From Mobula hypostoma (taxonomy: Eukaryota), in the NCBI RefSeq assembly GCF_963921235.1, contig NC_086118.1, positions 13,084,001-13,148,000 of the forward strand: a stretch of 64,000 nt of DNA. Reading direction: 5' to 3'. The notes under the pieces are model-generated. The model was not told the origin of the DNA. It saw only the letters and a list, made by a program, of their open reading frames with translations, and ran no database searches. A program made the position numbers and the translations under genes. Shown in pieces: positions 33,451 through 47,689 of the stretch (its first letter is position 1; each line of letters opens with the position of its first letter).

Positions 33451-35537
33451 GCAGCTGCCTATTTCTGCCCATTGGCTTAGCTTTTCACAGAACTTAGATT
33501 TCCCTTTTGGCTGAAGTATGGTTTCTGAAATATAAATTTCTATACCGATGGCAATGTTAAAGTGTGACTTGATTTCTCACTCACACTCTCCCAATCATTT
33601 CCTCTCACTGCATAAGCATTTACACAAAAAAATGGGCAAAGTTATTGCACAATCTATAAATAAAGAAAAGGGCAAAAATGAATTTGTTAAATGACTAGAG
33701 GACGTAAGGATTTTTTTTTTGAAATGCAATTATTGTAATTTGGGGAAGGAGCTGTTAGTTTATGTACACAAATTCCCATCGACAACAATTAGCTTTAATG
33801 ATATTGACTGAGGGATAAATAATGGTCAAGATATTCAACTCTGCAACTTAATACATTCAGTTGAGGGAGCATATGGGATTTGGTTACAATGGCCTTGAAT
33901 TTGCTGCCAGTTCTCAAAGCTGACCTATGGGACATGGTTACACATACCTAGTGGGGATGCAAATAGTTGGCTTCCAAGAGCTCAGTGAAAACCCAGACTC
34001 CCTGTTGGTAAATTACAATGTGGAAGAGGAATAGGGGCAGGTTGTGAAGGGTGAGGTGGGGCAACTGAGATTGTGATCAGCATGAACCATCCAAAATAAT
34101 GTTGCAAAGATTATTGACAAAATGCTAAGCCCAAGCAGTCACCAGCAAGTATGTGCCAATGGAAAGCTTATGGTTTTTAATCAAATCACTTCAAAATGTT
34201 TGATGCTAATCAAATAAAAGGTAATTTACAATTCTACAATAACAATTGAAATAAATGGAGGAAAATTCCCTGTGATGGATCTAACCAGGCATGGGTTCAA
34301 CTGGCAGATTCTTCAGTGTAATGGATGAAATCTATTAGTAAACAGTAATAAAAATTTCCCAAAACCAGCCTAAAAATAGAGTTAAAATACAAATTCTAAG
34401 AGAAATCTACGTTCAAAAAACTGATTGCAGTTTATGCTGAACTGATTTCTCAGGGTACTTTGCCCCGTTGATTTCTAACTGAAATTGGAACAAGGTGAGT
34501 TTGTCAGCTACAAACGAGAAAAACAAGAAGCTGACAAGCTGGTTTACCCAGTGACAGCTATGTCACAGTCAGACAAATTGCTCGTTGATTGCTTATGAGT
34601 TCTGAGGAAGGGTGCCCGACCCAAGAACAGAGTCTTATCCCTGCAGATTACGGAGTTTCACTGAGAGATAGAGGAGATACAACCAAAAATAATATTTAAG
34701 GTTTTTCTATTGCACTGACAAGAGGAGAAAAGGGCCAGGTGAAGCTGACAGATTCTGTGAGTGAAAGAAGCCCTCTACAATTTGGTGCAGAGGCAGAAGA
34801 AGAAATTCTGGAATTAAAATGCTGGAAATATTCAATAGATCAGGCAGCAATGTGGAGTGGGAAACTTACTTAATGTTTCAAGTTTGTTCTTTATTAATTT
34901 ACTTGTCTATTTACAGTCACATTTAGTCTTGTATTATCCTCTTCTATACCAGTCTCCACCCTCTCTTCCCTTTAATTCACCCTGACAGTAAGCATTTCTC
35001 ACCCCTTCACCACAGCATTACTGCTCCATAACCCATTTGTTGAGGTTGTGATCCTTGGTTCTGAAACATCCAGGACTTAAGAATATTCTCCCCGTGTCCA
35101 GGTGACCTAATCTTAGTGGACCATTGGAAATTTATCTCTCTCTCTTTCTCTCTTGCTCTTATTCTCTTTCTCACTCTCACTCTCTTCTCCTGTCTGTCTT
35201 TTTCTCTGTCTGCTTCTCTCCTCTTTAGATCCAACACTGTCCCTAATTTCCCTCATAAGCCATGCCTCCGACTTCTTTCCTGAATTATTTCTGGAAATAA
35301 TTTGTTGTGTTTGTATATATATTGTTACAATAATATCACTTGCCTGCACAATGTCAAAACATTTAATAAGCTTCTCCACTCTATCATAGTCAACTTGTGC
35401 CCGATATCCTCATGTCTTCTTTTGTTCAGATTCAGGTCCCTACTTTTTGATTCTACTGCTTCATCCTTCAATTTAATGGAAAATTCTTTCATTTTGTTGT
35501 TCCACTTTCCTGAAGGATCACATACAACACATTTTAA

Positions 35538-35672
35538 GAACCTAAGAAATAGAAGCAGGAGTGGGTCATCTGGTCCATCGAGCCTGCTCCACCATTCCAT
35601 AAGGTCATGGCTGATCTGGACATGGACTCATTTCCACCTAACTGTCTTTTCCCCATAACGCTTAATTCCCTT
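35538..35672 (-). mobile_element. CR1 3' tail fragment
   Basis: aagaacctaagaaatagaagcaggagt...gagcctgctcccaccattc. Confidence 0.75.
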
Positions 35673-37255
35673 AATCAATATTGGGGATTTAAGTTAATAT
35701 AATTGTTATGGGGAGAATATTCTGAAGCTGTGTGATTCAGAACCGAGGATCAAAATTTATTTAACCTATTGACGTCAATCTTGAATTCGGAATAGGCAAC
35801 AATTAGATGCCAGTCCAGGAGGAAATGGTGGCTGTATTGGATGTGTTGAAGCCAACTAATACTTGTTTCTTGAAATGCTTCATCATGACTGAAATATTTT
35901 ACTAAGCTAAGACTGTCAAACTTTCTTGCCCATTATAATGTACAGAAACCAGTATAACTGTCATATTGTAATGACAACTGTCAAGTGATACCTCAACTTA
36001 TTGATGGGTGTACTCACCTGGAGATACTGATTGTGTATTCTTCTCATGACATCATACTCCGTGAGGAAAACTTCAGATTGTAATGGAGGTTCTGACCACT
36101 TCTTTTGGGGCTACTCAATTTCAAAAGTTCTTGTTTGGGACTCATATCACTCTGAACATGGACTACAGGATATTTCTTGGATTAAAGTCACCTGTTCTCA
36201 CATTGAGAGTGTTATGATATGCACAGCAGCTTCCAGGGTTTTGACACACTGACTCTCCAGAATATAGATGGCATGGCACCTGTAAAGATTCAGGCCTTTC
36301 CCGAAATTGGCAGTCATGTTTTGACATCATGATTTTGATATTTAATGAGCACCTGAACTGAGGTTCAAGGCTTGACCATCAGCTCTACTTTGATTCTCCT
36401 CTAGCATTTAATTTACAACCCTGTTTTCATCTCAATCTCATATCATGTCTCAATTCTGGTCTCAGATTGCATCCTAACCATCCTTACTTGGCTCTCTCAT
36501 CACAGACAGCTGTACAATTGCAATGGTGAGCCATATCTAGATTACCCCATTGAACACTGCACATTGAAGCAGTTTAGTCATAAAGTATTAGGTGCTTTGT
36601 TTTGGCCTAGGTCCTGGACTAAGCTCTCCTTCCCTACTTCAACTTCAAGTTTCTTGTCCCCTGACTGTACATATCATCATCATCATCAGGTGCCATGCCC
36701 AGTTTGAGCTTTGACTGCCATGGGCCACACACTCCTGTTTCGGATCAAGTGAATCAATTCATTGGTATTCATTTCCACTTCTCTGGCTGCTGTCTCCATC
36801 ATCATTTGTCTTTGTCTTCCTTTTGCTTTCTTCTCTTCAGTCTCTCCCATAATTACTGTGCATTCTAACTCCTCTTTCCTAATCTGAAATCTGTACTGGG
36901 AACAAACTGCCACAGTAAGAATAGATGGAGAAGTGAGTCAGTTTACAAAAATCAAGAGAAACGTTAGACAAAGGTGTATTTTGTCTCCTGATTTGTTTAA
37001 TGTGTACAGTGAAACAATATTACAAAAAAAAGAGTCATCTTTGGAATCAAATTTGGCAATGAAAACATCAATAATTTCAGATATGCCGATGACACTGTGT
37101 TAATTGCAAGTACAGAGGAAGAACTATAAAACTTAATTGATATAGTTGTTGAAGGATTTTCCTGGTGGTGGCTGATGGAGTAACAGCAATCTACCATTAC
37201 TCCAACTCTAATTATCTTACTATTTCCAACCTGTCTTGAAACTTCCTTTTCAAGT

Positions 37256-38048
37256 GTGATATTCTTCCATTATGGATACAAGGAGGGCCAGAGGTATGAT
37301 CTCCCCACTTCTTTGGATTCTATTATGGATTTGCTGCAAAGTCATACACGAGAAGCCTCTGAGAAGTTTCAACAATTCAGCTCTGAATTTGAACAAATAG
37401 ATGGTAAGTTGGATTCTATTCAACAAACTCTAATGAACACGATAAACGTATAAAAAAATAACAAAGAAATTTTGGCACCTCTGGAAATGGAAGTGGATGA
37501 ATTGCAAAAGCTTTGTGTAAAGCAATTGAAGTCAATGAAAAGTTAAGACAGAAGATTACCTACCTAGAAAATAGAAGTAGAAGAAACAACCTACGGGTTC
37601 TGGATCTCGAAGAATTAATCAAAGGTAATCATCCAATGGAATTTTTTGCAAACATTTGCAAGAATTATTACCAGAGATTTTGACGTCTGTGCCTATGATT
37701 GATCAAGTTCACAGATCTCCTGCATTTAGACCTCCTGAGGGTCAGAGACCAAGATCAGTAATAATCTGTTTTCAAGAATTTAAAACAAAGGAAGTCTTAA
37801 TTTGCGAATCTCATTGAAGAGGCATGATTGACTATAATGGTTGCAAAATTAGAATTGTCCAAGATTACTCACCTGAGGTTATGCAGGAATGTGTTAAGTT
37901 CAAAGAAGTTATGTCTGAGCTTTTTAATAAGGGTTTCAAGCCTTCCCTTCGCTACCCATCCCAACTCAGAATCACACTTAAAGACAGATCTTCTGAATGG
38001 TTCAGTTTGACTGTTGAAGCACAAAGGTTTTTAAAATCCAAGAGCTAA
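37256..38048 (+). pseudogene. L1 ORF1p (coiled coil, RRM, CTD), frameshifted
   Basis: LENRSRRNNLRVL; VHRS; RPRSVIICF; IRIVQDYSPEV; PSLRYPSQLRI. Confidence 0.88.
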
Positions 38049-38784
38049 ATCCGAAGGCTAGCTGTTTAGTTTGTCCTGACATGAAGACACAAGATTAAAT
38101 GAGAAACTTTTAATTCGCAAATCCTATCAAAGGGGCATGATTGATTATAGGGTGGAATATTAAGATTCTCGAAGATTATTCACTTGAGGTTATGCATGAA
38201 TGTGCTAAGTTTAAACAAGCTTTGTTGGAACTTTTTTAACAAGGGTTTTAACCCATCCCTTGGCTACCCAGTTTGACTGAGAATCTCATTAAAGATGGAT
38301 CCTTCGAATGGTTTTTTTTTGGATGCTGAAGCGCAAGGATTTTTTTAAATTTGAAGGCTAACTGCTTAGTCTGCTTTTTCGTGAAGCTATTAAGATTAAA
38401 TGTTTAATGTTTTTCTGTATGAATAATTGTATCTTTTACTTTTGGTAAACCTTCATAATTAATTTCTTTTCATATTTTTAATGCCATATTTTTGATATAC
38501 GAGAATTGAATTTCTTGTTTGGATATTGGTTAGTCTAGGTTGGAATATAAATAACCTTGAAACTAATTGGAGCGATCACCAGGTTTTTTGAGGAGGTTGT
38601 CCGTAGTTGTAGTTGCCGACTTTCTATTTGACGGTCTTCTTTCTTCGGGAGGTAGGTGGGGATATGTTATTTTTCTCAGAAGCTGTTTTCGAATTTTTAA
38701 GCCAACTTGGTGCTTGGTTACCATTTATCAAAGTTTATGGCTTGGTTTTAACTTACATTTTAACCCTTCCTTTAAATAATAAAA

Positions 38785-41700
38785 ATGGACAAAACTATTA
38801 ACTTACTTAGTTTTAACATGAAAGGGTTAAATCACCCTGTTAAATATAATAAGATTTTTACTTATATGAGGAAATTTAAGGTCCCTATTATTTTCTTACA
38901 AGAAACTCACATACGCAAAAGTGATAATCCACGTGTTTTTAGCCATTGGAACGGACTTTGTTTTCATTCTTCTTTTCAGGCCAAATCCAGAGGAGTTTGG
39001 ATTCTTATAGATAATACACCTTCCTTTGTCCAACATAAAGTAGTGTCTGATACTAATGGACGTTTTGTTATAGTTTCAAGAAAACTAGATAATAAATTAA
39101 TAATATTTGTCAATGCGTATGCCCCAAATGTAGATGATCCAGGATTCTTTTAGCACTTTTTTTCTCGTTTTTACCAGATCTGAATCTTTATTCTTTGGTG
39201 ATGGGAAGAGATTTTAACTGTTGGCTAGACCCAGTTTTAGACTGATCATCTTCTAAACCAGCGTCTCTTAATAAATCAGCTTTGTTTATTCAATCTTTTT
39301 TTATTGATGTGTGTTATTGTTGATGTTTGGCGTTTTTAATATCCTTTAGGTAGGGAGTACTTTTTTTCCCATGTTCATCATACATATTCCAGGATTGACT
39401 ATTTTGTTATTGATAGTCAAATGATTTCATTAGTCCATATCTATGAATATAAAGAGATTGCTGTTTCAGATCATGCTCCTGTATTTCTATCTTTAAATCT
39501 CCTTGGTCTTCCTAAAACCAACAAATTTTGGCATTTTTATACAACTTTGTTATCTGATAAGGAATTTTTAAAATTTCTGGAGAAGCATATTATTTTGTTT
39601 TTTTGAAGAGAATAAAAAGGAAGATACTTCTAATCTTATTGTATGAGTTACTTTCAAGGCCTATATTGGAGGGCAAATTATTTCCTATACTGCCAGTGTT
39701 AAGAATAAAGCTAATAAAGAAAGAATTGAATTAGCTAGTCAATTGAAACAAGTATGCTATAAAAATAAACAAAAATATGCTATTGCTCCAGATCCTGTTT
39801 TACATAAAAGACGTGTTGAAGTTAAGACTAAATATGATCTCTTGTTAACATATCCAATTGAAACTCAACTTCTTAAAGATAAAACTCAATTTTACATTCA
39901 CGGAGATAAATCAGGCAAAGTATTGGCCAATCAATTAAGAACTTCTGTAATTAAATGACAAATTAAAGAAATTTACAAAACTAATGGTGATAGGACAACT
40001 GACCACTCTGAAATAAATGATACCTTTAGAGAATTCTATTCTAAACTTTATAGTTCTGATTCCCTTAAAGATAATACTGTAATGAATAATTTTCTAAATC
40101 AATTAAATATTCCTACACTTTCTGCAGATAATTGCAAACAGATGGATCAACCCATTTCTTAAGAGGAAATCTCTGAGGTTATACGTTCACTACACTGGGG
40201 GAAGGCTTCGGGTCCAGATGGATTTTCTGGAGAATTCTATAAGGCTTTTTCTTCATTAATTATACTGCAGTTACACTTAGTCTTTTTGGATTCTTTCAGA
40301 TTGGGTAATTTGCCTCAATCTTTTTATGAAGCTTCTATTTTGCTTACCATAAAAAAGAATAAGGACCCAACTGAATGCACTTTATATAGGCCAGTTTCAT
40401 TACTTAATGTTGATACTAAAATTCTTTCTAAAGTTCTGGCTCATAGGATTGAAAATATTTTACCTTTTATTATTTCAGATGATCAGACTGGATTTATTAA
40501 AAACTGGCATTCCCATTTTAATATATGCCGTGTATTAAATGTTATTTACTCTCCTTCTCAGGAATGTGTGATATCAGTACATGCTGAGAAGGCCTTCGAC
40601 CGGGTTGAATGGAATTACTTATTTAAATCCTTAGAACAAATTAATTATGGACCAGATTTTATTCAATGGATTAAATTACTTTATCTATCTTCTTCTGCTC
40701 GGATTCTTACTAATTTTCAAAATTCCAAACCATTTAAACTTCACCGTGAAACTAGACAAGGCTGTCCGTTGAGTCCTTTGCTTTTTGATGTAGCTTTAGA
40801 ACCCCTTGCCATTGCTTTTCGAGAATCTGATGATATCTGTGGTATTTTAAGGACAGGTATCACCCACAAAATCTTACTTTACGCTGATGATATATTGCAT
40901 TTTATCTCTAATGTTGAGACCTCATTACCTTGCGTACTTCCTTTACTCTCCCGTTTTAGCCAGTTTTCAGAATGTAGATTGAACCTACAAAAGAGTGAAT
41001 TATTTCCTTTAAATAATTTGGTATCAATTAATACTAATCTCCCTTTTAAAATTGTAAAGAATCAATTTACTTATTTGGGTGTAACAGTCAATAAGAATTA
41101 CAAACACCTGTTTAAAGAAAACTTCCTTACTTTATTGAACCATGTAAAAAGGATATTATTAAATTGGTCACCTCTTTCAATATCATTGATTGGATAAAAT
41201 AATTCTGTAAAAATGAATATTCTACCAAAATTTATATATCTCTTTCAGGCTTTACCCATTTTTATTCCTAAAACTTTTTTTGACTCTCTTGAATCTATTT
41301 TATCCTCCTATATATGGAAAAATAAATGTCGTTGTTTAAATAAAGTTCATCTTCAAAAATCTAAAAAGTCTACAGGTTTAGCCTTACCTAATTTTAGGTT
41401 TTATTACTGGGCAATTAATATACAATATTTTACATTTTGGCTATATTATATTAATCGTCTCGACTATCCGGTATGGGTTTCTTTATTTCCAATTTCCCCC
41501 GAGAAATAAAGTATGACTATGACTATTTAGAAACTAACTCTGTTAATAAATTTTCCATTATTTCTCTTCTTGGATCCTCACTTGCTTTATTTGTCAGTAA
41601 ATTAATAGATAATTTAATAGTTAAACGTACTCTGAGGATCTGGATGCAATTTAGAAAAGATTTTGGTTTATTGAGATTTTCCCTTTCAAGTCCCATTTAT

Positions 41701-42600
41701 TCTATGTTTTTAAACCCTCCATGACTGATGTAGTTTTTAAAGAATGGGACAGGTTGGGTATTAAATATTTTTGGGATCTGTTTGTTGGAGGAAATCTTTT
41801 TTTCATTTGAGCAATTATCAGCTGAGTATAGCTTACCTAAAACTCACTTTTTTAGATATCTACAAATCAGGGACTTTCTAAGATCTCAATTATGCAAATT
41901 TCCTATAAGCTCAGATAAGAACTTACTAGACGCAATTCTTAATTTGACACATTTCATTATGGTTCAATATCTAATATTTATGGTATGTTGCTGCAGACAA
42001 GGAATGTTCCTTTAGACAAAATTGAGAATCTCTAGGAACAAGATTTACAGACATCAATATCTGAGGAAACTTGGAATGAAATTTTTAAGCTAGATAATAT
42101 TTCATCACTATGTGCTTGCCATTCCCTCATACAATTTAAGGTGGTACATAGATTCCATATGACTAAAGATAAGCTTTCTCATTTTTATTTGGATATATCT
42201 CCATACTGTGACAGATGTAATAATGGAGAAACTTCATTAATTCATATGTTTTGGACTTGTCTGAGTCTTGGAAAATATTGGAAAGGAGTTTTTCAAAGTT
42301 TCTCTTTACTTTTCAAAGTCAATTTTAAGCCTAATCCTCTGATGCCCTATTCGATATTATTGCAGGACAAGATATCAAGCTCAAGACAGCTGATTTACAT
42401 ATTTTGGCCTTTAGCTGTCTGATAGCTAGGAGGACGCTTTTGTTTAAAAGGAAAGACGTTTCTCCTCCCACTCATGCTCAATGGTTATGCGACGTTATGT
42501 CATGCTTAGATTTAGAGAAGATTCATTGTTCAATTTCTGAATCTCATCAAGACATTCAAACATTGTGAGGACGTTTTCTGAATTATTTTCAAAACTTTCA
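38785..42600 (+). pseudogene. L1 ORF2p (APE endonuclease, RT, CCHC), multiple stops and frameshifts
   Basis: SFNMKGLN, FLQETH, NAYAPN, SDH; YRPVSLLNVDTKIL, AEKAFDRV, RQGCPLSPLLF, LYADD; CDRC...HMFWTC. Confidence 0.93.
41486..41525 (+). mobile_element. 40-bp LINE 3'-tail micro-insertion inside L1 ORF2
   Basis: tttcccccgagaaataaagta(tgacta)2, TSD TTTA; removing it restores PVWVSLETNS. Confidence 0.7.
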
Positions 42601-44244
42601 AAACCTTCAATTCACTGTTTAAATTCAGATGTTGGCTATTATTAATTTTTATTATATGAGAAGGTAATTTACCTTTTTTTCTCCTTAATAAACAGCTTCG
42701 GTCTTGGTAGGGGTTAGACTCTTTTTTGTAATAAATTAGTATATTTCAATATAACTTTTGATTAACTTACATGAATACGAGGTAATGAGGTGGTTATTAT
42801 GAATAGATATGATGTAATTGGTAGTTTTTTAAAATCTTTTTTGTCCTTTTATATATACTTTCTTGTACTCTGCATTCTTCTATGTAGAAACCAATAAAAA
42901 TATTGGAAAGGTATAGTTGTTGAAGAAAGTGCAAAAATGGGTCTATATATCAATTGCAAAAAGACAGAATATATGGTGATATCCAAAAAGAAGGAGAATC
43001 TTATCTGCAGGCTGAAAACAAATGGAGAAGACTGTACGTATACGCAATAAATAAAACAACATTCCTTTGGACCAAGGTGCACCACAAAACTACTGTGACC
43101 ACACTGGTATTGCCTCATTGTTTCTCAAGGAATAAGAAAATTCTATTGCATAGGAACATTTTCTTCCTCGTTGGCCAGTTGGGCTGAAGGGACTGTAATA
43201 CTTGTAAAAAGAAGGACCTCTATAAATAATTATTTCTTCTGATGGATGGGTGATTCAATAACCAGAGAACACAGTTTGCAAGATACTGGTGAAAGAATCA
43301 AAGTCGAGATGATGAGAAATTTATTTCAAGCTTGAATATGCCTCCTAAAATCACTCATCGCAATGTAATTGCACTTGAGTCACTAACTTTAATTATCTGG
43401 TTCTCTGACATGGGTCTTGTCGCATTCTCACTTCATAATGGTTCAGCTTAAGATGCTTTCCGGATACCCTAAATGACAAGTCATTTAAGCTGCTTTGTTA
43501 CTAGTCAGCTCTGATAAGGACTTCCTATTAAGATGACATTTAAAGACTAATGATTAAAGCCTTACTCAGTGTGCCCGAGAGAGTTAGTGTTCCAGTGCAA
43601 TAAACTCAATTGAAATATTTGGCAGAAAAAGGTGTCTTACTGGTCATATTATTTGTGACAATAAAATCAGTCCCATTTACTGAGTAAATATTCTGGAAGG
43701 AAATAATACTCCTTCATAGTACAGTATTATGTTCTCACACTTGAAAGACACAATACCAAGTTCACTGAGGTGTTAGGGAACTAATAAAAAGGTCAGATAC
43801 AATGTGATAACATTACTTGGTTGGGCTATTTCCATTCGTTTCATAAAGTGAATCTATATGAAAGATGTGGCTTGTCTTTAGTGACACTTTATTACCATTT
43901 CTGCATTACTTGTTAAATGACTATTGTGATGGTATTGGGTTTGCTGACTGCAAAATTCTAAACTCATACAAAGACCTTAAGCCACTAAAGGGAGATTATA
44001 CTGTAACTACCCAATCTTCAAAAGATTAGTTTACTACCCTGTTTATTCTCCATGGCGTTTCGCTGTCAATACCCACTGTTTGCATGGCATCCCCCTCTCC
44101 ACTCCACACTAAGGAAAGGATACTTCCAACTAACAAAGTAGATTAAAAATACAGTTCAGTGAATCACGTTTAAGTCCAAACAACATGCTTAAAATACATT
44201 TAAAAGTCAGTGGATGTCAATCTTAAAGATTCCCAAATTACAAA

Positions 44245-44315
44245 GCATTTCTAAAACAGATAGCACTTCTAAAACACGAAGCATTTCTAAAGTACAAAGG
44301 ATTTTCAAAACACAG
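44245..44315. repeat. Degenerate 18-bp tandem repeat, ~4 copies
   Basis: agcatttctaaaacagat / agcacttctaaaacacga / agcatttctaaagtacaa / aggattttcaaaacac. Confidence 0.7.
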
Positions 44316-46019
44316 GTATAATTCCTATAAAGTAAAAAGACATACCCATGATGCAAACAAACAAATCATCCATCACAGAAATCAAAGCCAGAGGAATGGT
44401 TTCTAGCTAACTCCATGTTTCTTCCATAGCTTCTTGATTTTCTTTACTCAATCCCTAATAAGCCTTAATTGCCGTTGGCATTTATACCCCTTTTTTCTAC
44501 ATCTTGGGTGACTTTACACATATATGATATTTTCTTAAATATACTTTTTAACACAAAAATGTCTTAAGGTAAGATAGTGTCGTGCTTGGATGCAGCAGCC
44601 AATCAGGGTACAATCAAAGGTGTTCATCCTGTACATCTCTTTTACAATCATAAGTCACTACTGGATACTAAGAGCATCAGGTACTGCAGGACTATCCCAT
44701 CAGCATGTTGCTTGATAGCAATGGAGCTGAACTTATTGCATACTGTTGAAGCGTTGCTGCCTGGACTTGCTGCATACCGTTATGCCAAGACAGTGCACAC
44801 TCCAAAAAGAAAAGATATGAGTGATTAGCTTAGATGTTTTTATTGTGATCGCAGTGCCCTGTTGAACATTGGTAATGTAGAATACTGCAAGTCCAGTTCA
44901 CTGTTTCATTAGTGAGTCTAATAGTGGGGAGTTGCATTGCCTTAGCTGTTGCACAGACAAGGCTCTCGTACCTCACAGTCACCTGTTGCGCTCGCTGGCA
45001 AAAGAGAGCTGGCTGTGTGCTGAGTTGGGGGCTGGACCTTCTCACTGCTGCTGCCACTTAGTGTTCGCTCAGTGCTGCTTCTTGGTGCTGCCATCCAGTG
45101 TTCACTCAGCATTGCCCACTGCTGTTAGCTCAGTGCTGCTCTCCAGTGCCTGCTCAGTGGAAGAACAAGCTGGACCAGGACAACTCAGGCACTTGGGTTA
45201 TATTCTTTTTCTCTTTGTGACTAAGTGTTTTTCTGAAATCATAACAATATGTGCTATGTATGGTACGCTGTCTGCTGTTGGTAATGAGTTTTGCACCTTG
45301 TGCTGGGAGGAACATTGTTTCATTTGTCTATATACATACATGGTTGCATGGTAATTAAACTTGAAAATTGAACAGGTTTACAAGCATCTTGGAGACAGAT
45401 CTCAATTAATGCTGTGAAGTTAACTTCTCTGAATACATAAAACTTCCAATATTAATAGATCAGTTATTGATATGCTAAATGATATTATCCATCTAGTCTG
45501 CAAGTTTCCTTGAACTAAGCAACTTAGTCAACTTGTCAGTTTTTTAAAAAGCCAAATTAAGCAACCCATTGTCTTATGCTGCATTCTTGAACAGTATAAA
45601 GCAGGTGCAGGGAGCTATAGCTAGCTTTTCATAGATAGCATATGTGCTGTAAACATAGCTTGTTTGCAAAGCTGTGTTTTCAATTTCAAGCTGATTACTG
45701 CTTTCAATTTACATTTTAAGAACTGAAGCCAGACTCTCAGTTTACAACCAGAAATTAAGCAAAGCAATGTAATTAGAAGTTTACTTGCATCTGTTTTGAT
45801 CTTTCAATGAGCAGCTACTGCATTTAGAAAGCTGAGACTAGCAAAAAAATAAGAAGTGAACATCTATCCCACTATAAAGACATTTACAGTTACATCATCA
45901 CATCAGACTGCCACAGTAATTTTTTTCATATTATTGTATATTGACTGATCATAAATAGGCAGATTACATAAATAAACCAAACAGGAAAAATATCAGTACT
46001 CAAGAAATGTCACATATTC

Positions 46020-46285
46020 TCAACACAAGAGATTCTGTGGATGCTGGAAAATTTGAGCAACCATCACAAACTATTGGAGGAACTCAGAAAATCAGGCAGC
46101 ATCTATGGAGGGGACAAACAGTCAATGCTTTGGGCCGAGTTCCTTCATCAAGACTGGAAAGGAAGGGGGCAGAAGCTCGAAAAAGTAGGTGGGTGAGTGG
46201 AAGTTGGACAAGTTGACAGGTGATAAGTGAGACCAGATGAGGGGGAGGTGGTTAGTGGGGGAGGGCGGGATGAAGATACATAAAG
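46020..46285 (-). mobile_element. Older Penelope terminal fragment with a degenerate hammerhead
   Basis: Minus strand cagtcttgatgaaggaactcggcccaaagcattgactg near 46119-46156. Confidence 0.75.
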
Positions 46286-47689
46286 AACATACACATGTTC
46301 TGAGTGTTTTTATTTCAATCAACTGGCCCTGTTATTGCTCCTTTAGAACCAAAAACGTATTAATGTAGTCAGATGAAAAGACAACAATACTTCAATTTGG
46401 TGGTACTATATGAGGTAAATGTTGGTCAGGAACAAAGTTTAACATTCAAAATAAATTTATTATCAAAGTACATACATGGTACTATGACTAACTTGAGATT
46501 CATTTTCTTGCAAGCATTTACAGGAAAAATAAATGAATACAATAGAATCTTTGAAAAACTACATATAAACTAAGAGTGGCATGCAATCAAGGTGTAAAAG
46601 AAGATCATCTGTGCAAATGAAAAATACTGAGAAAATGAGCTGCAAGAGAGTTATTGAAAGTGAGTCTGTAGGTTGTAGAATCAGTTCAGAGTTGTGGTCA
46701 TTTAAGATTACACATCCCACTTCAGGCCAGTTCAGGAAGGGAAATTCTTTCCCTTTGCACCATAAACCTCTGCCCTCTAGTTTTAGGGTCCATTTCCTTG
46801 GGAGAAAAACTGTGTGTGTTCACCCTATCTATGGCCCTTGTGATTTTATACACATCTTTAATGTCACCCCCTCATTCTCTTACGCTCCAAGGAATAAGTC
46901 CTGCCTGCTCGACCTTTCCCTCAAGTCCTGCCAACATTCTGATACATCTTCTTTGCACTCCTTTCAGCTTAATGATGCCATACCTATGTGACTGGTAGAC
47001 GGCTACTGTCTTCCAGTGGAGGGAAGCCAAGAAATGACAGACTCAATCAGCGCTGTCCCTAGATACCTCAACTTGCATAAGAGGCAGAGGCCAGGGCTGA
47101 CTGACTGACAGACAACCACAAGGGGAGTGGGATTAGTGGCATCGTGAATGCGGTCAAGCTGATAGAGGACAACGTTCACATTCCATAATGCCCCTACATG
47201 GCGGTTTCCAATCCTGGTCATCTGCAAGAAAGGTTTCTAGACTACTGTGATAAACACCCAGGCACTTAAGACACCAATACCCACAAAAATAATGGCAGTG
47301 GATTCAATGTGCAAGTCAGTGTGACTGACTGAAGCCTGAGCTTCCTCGACAGATCCTTTGTGTTCTGCTTGTCTTCCCCATTGACAGCCACTCCCAGCCC
47401 TTCCCTTGGGGTGAGATAGTGCTGCATTGACTGAAGCTTTCATTTACCACTGTTGCCTGCAATTAGGCACCACCATATTCTGCAAAAGAAAGTTTACAAA
47501 CTTTATGTATGTGTTAAATTGATAGACTTGACATTGAGTTATAGATCAAAACAGCACGAAAACAGACCCTTCAGTTCAAATTATCCATGCTAACTATGTG
47601 TTTAATTTTCAAAGGTTTGGCTTGTATTTCTCTAAAACCCTCCTAACATGTACATATCCAAATCTCTTTTAAAATTTATTTTATTCATT

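Larger units (their letters stand above)
37155..42911 (+). mobile_element. Full-length decayed L1-clade LINE (fish type)
   Basis: Exact 14-bp TSD TATAGTTGTTGAAG (37141-37154, 42912-42925); ORF1 and ORF2 remnants; AATAAA at the 3' end. Confidence 0.95.
36675..43029 (-). mobile_element. RTE LINE copy with an inverted 5' segment, split by an L1
   Basis: Minus-strand 3' end at 36675-36885 with a (CAT)n tail; plus-strand RT piece at 36885-37154 and 42926-43029 (NLYWEQ...VRQ.CILSPDLFN, RYADDTVL). TSD GACTGTACATAT/GACTGTACGTAT at 36663-36674 and 43030-43041. Confidence 0.85.

Noticed and set aside
35007..35379. Minus-strand Arg/Glu/Lys-rich ORFs resembling a gag coiled coil
   Set aside because: Explained by a CT-rich low-complexity tract; no LTR or other retroelement domain nearby that I can support.
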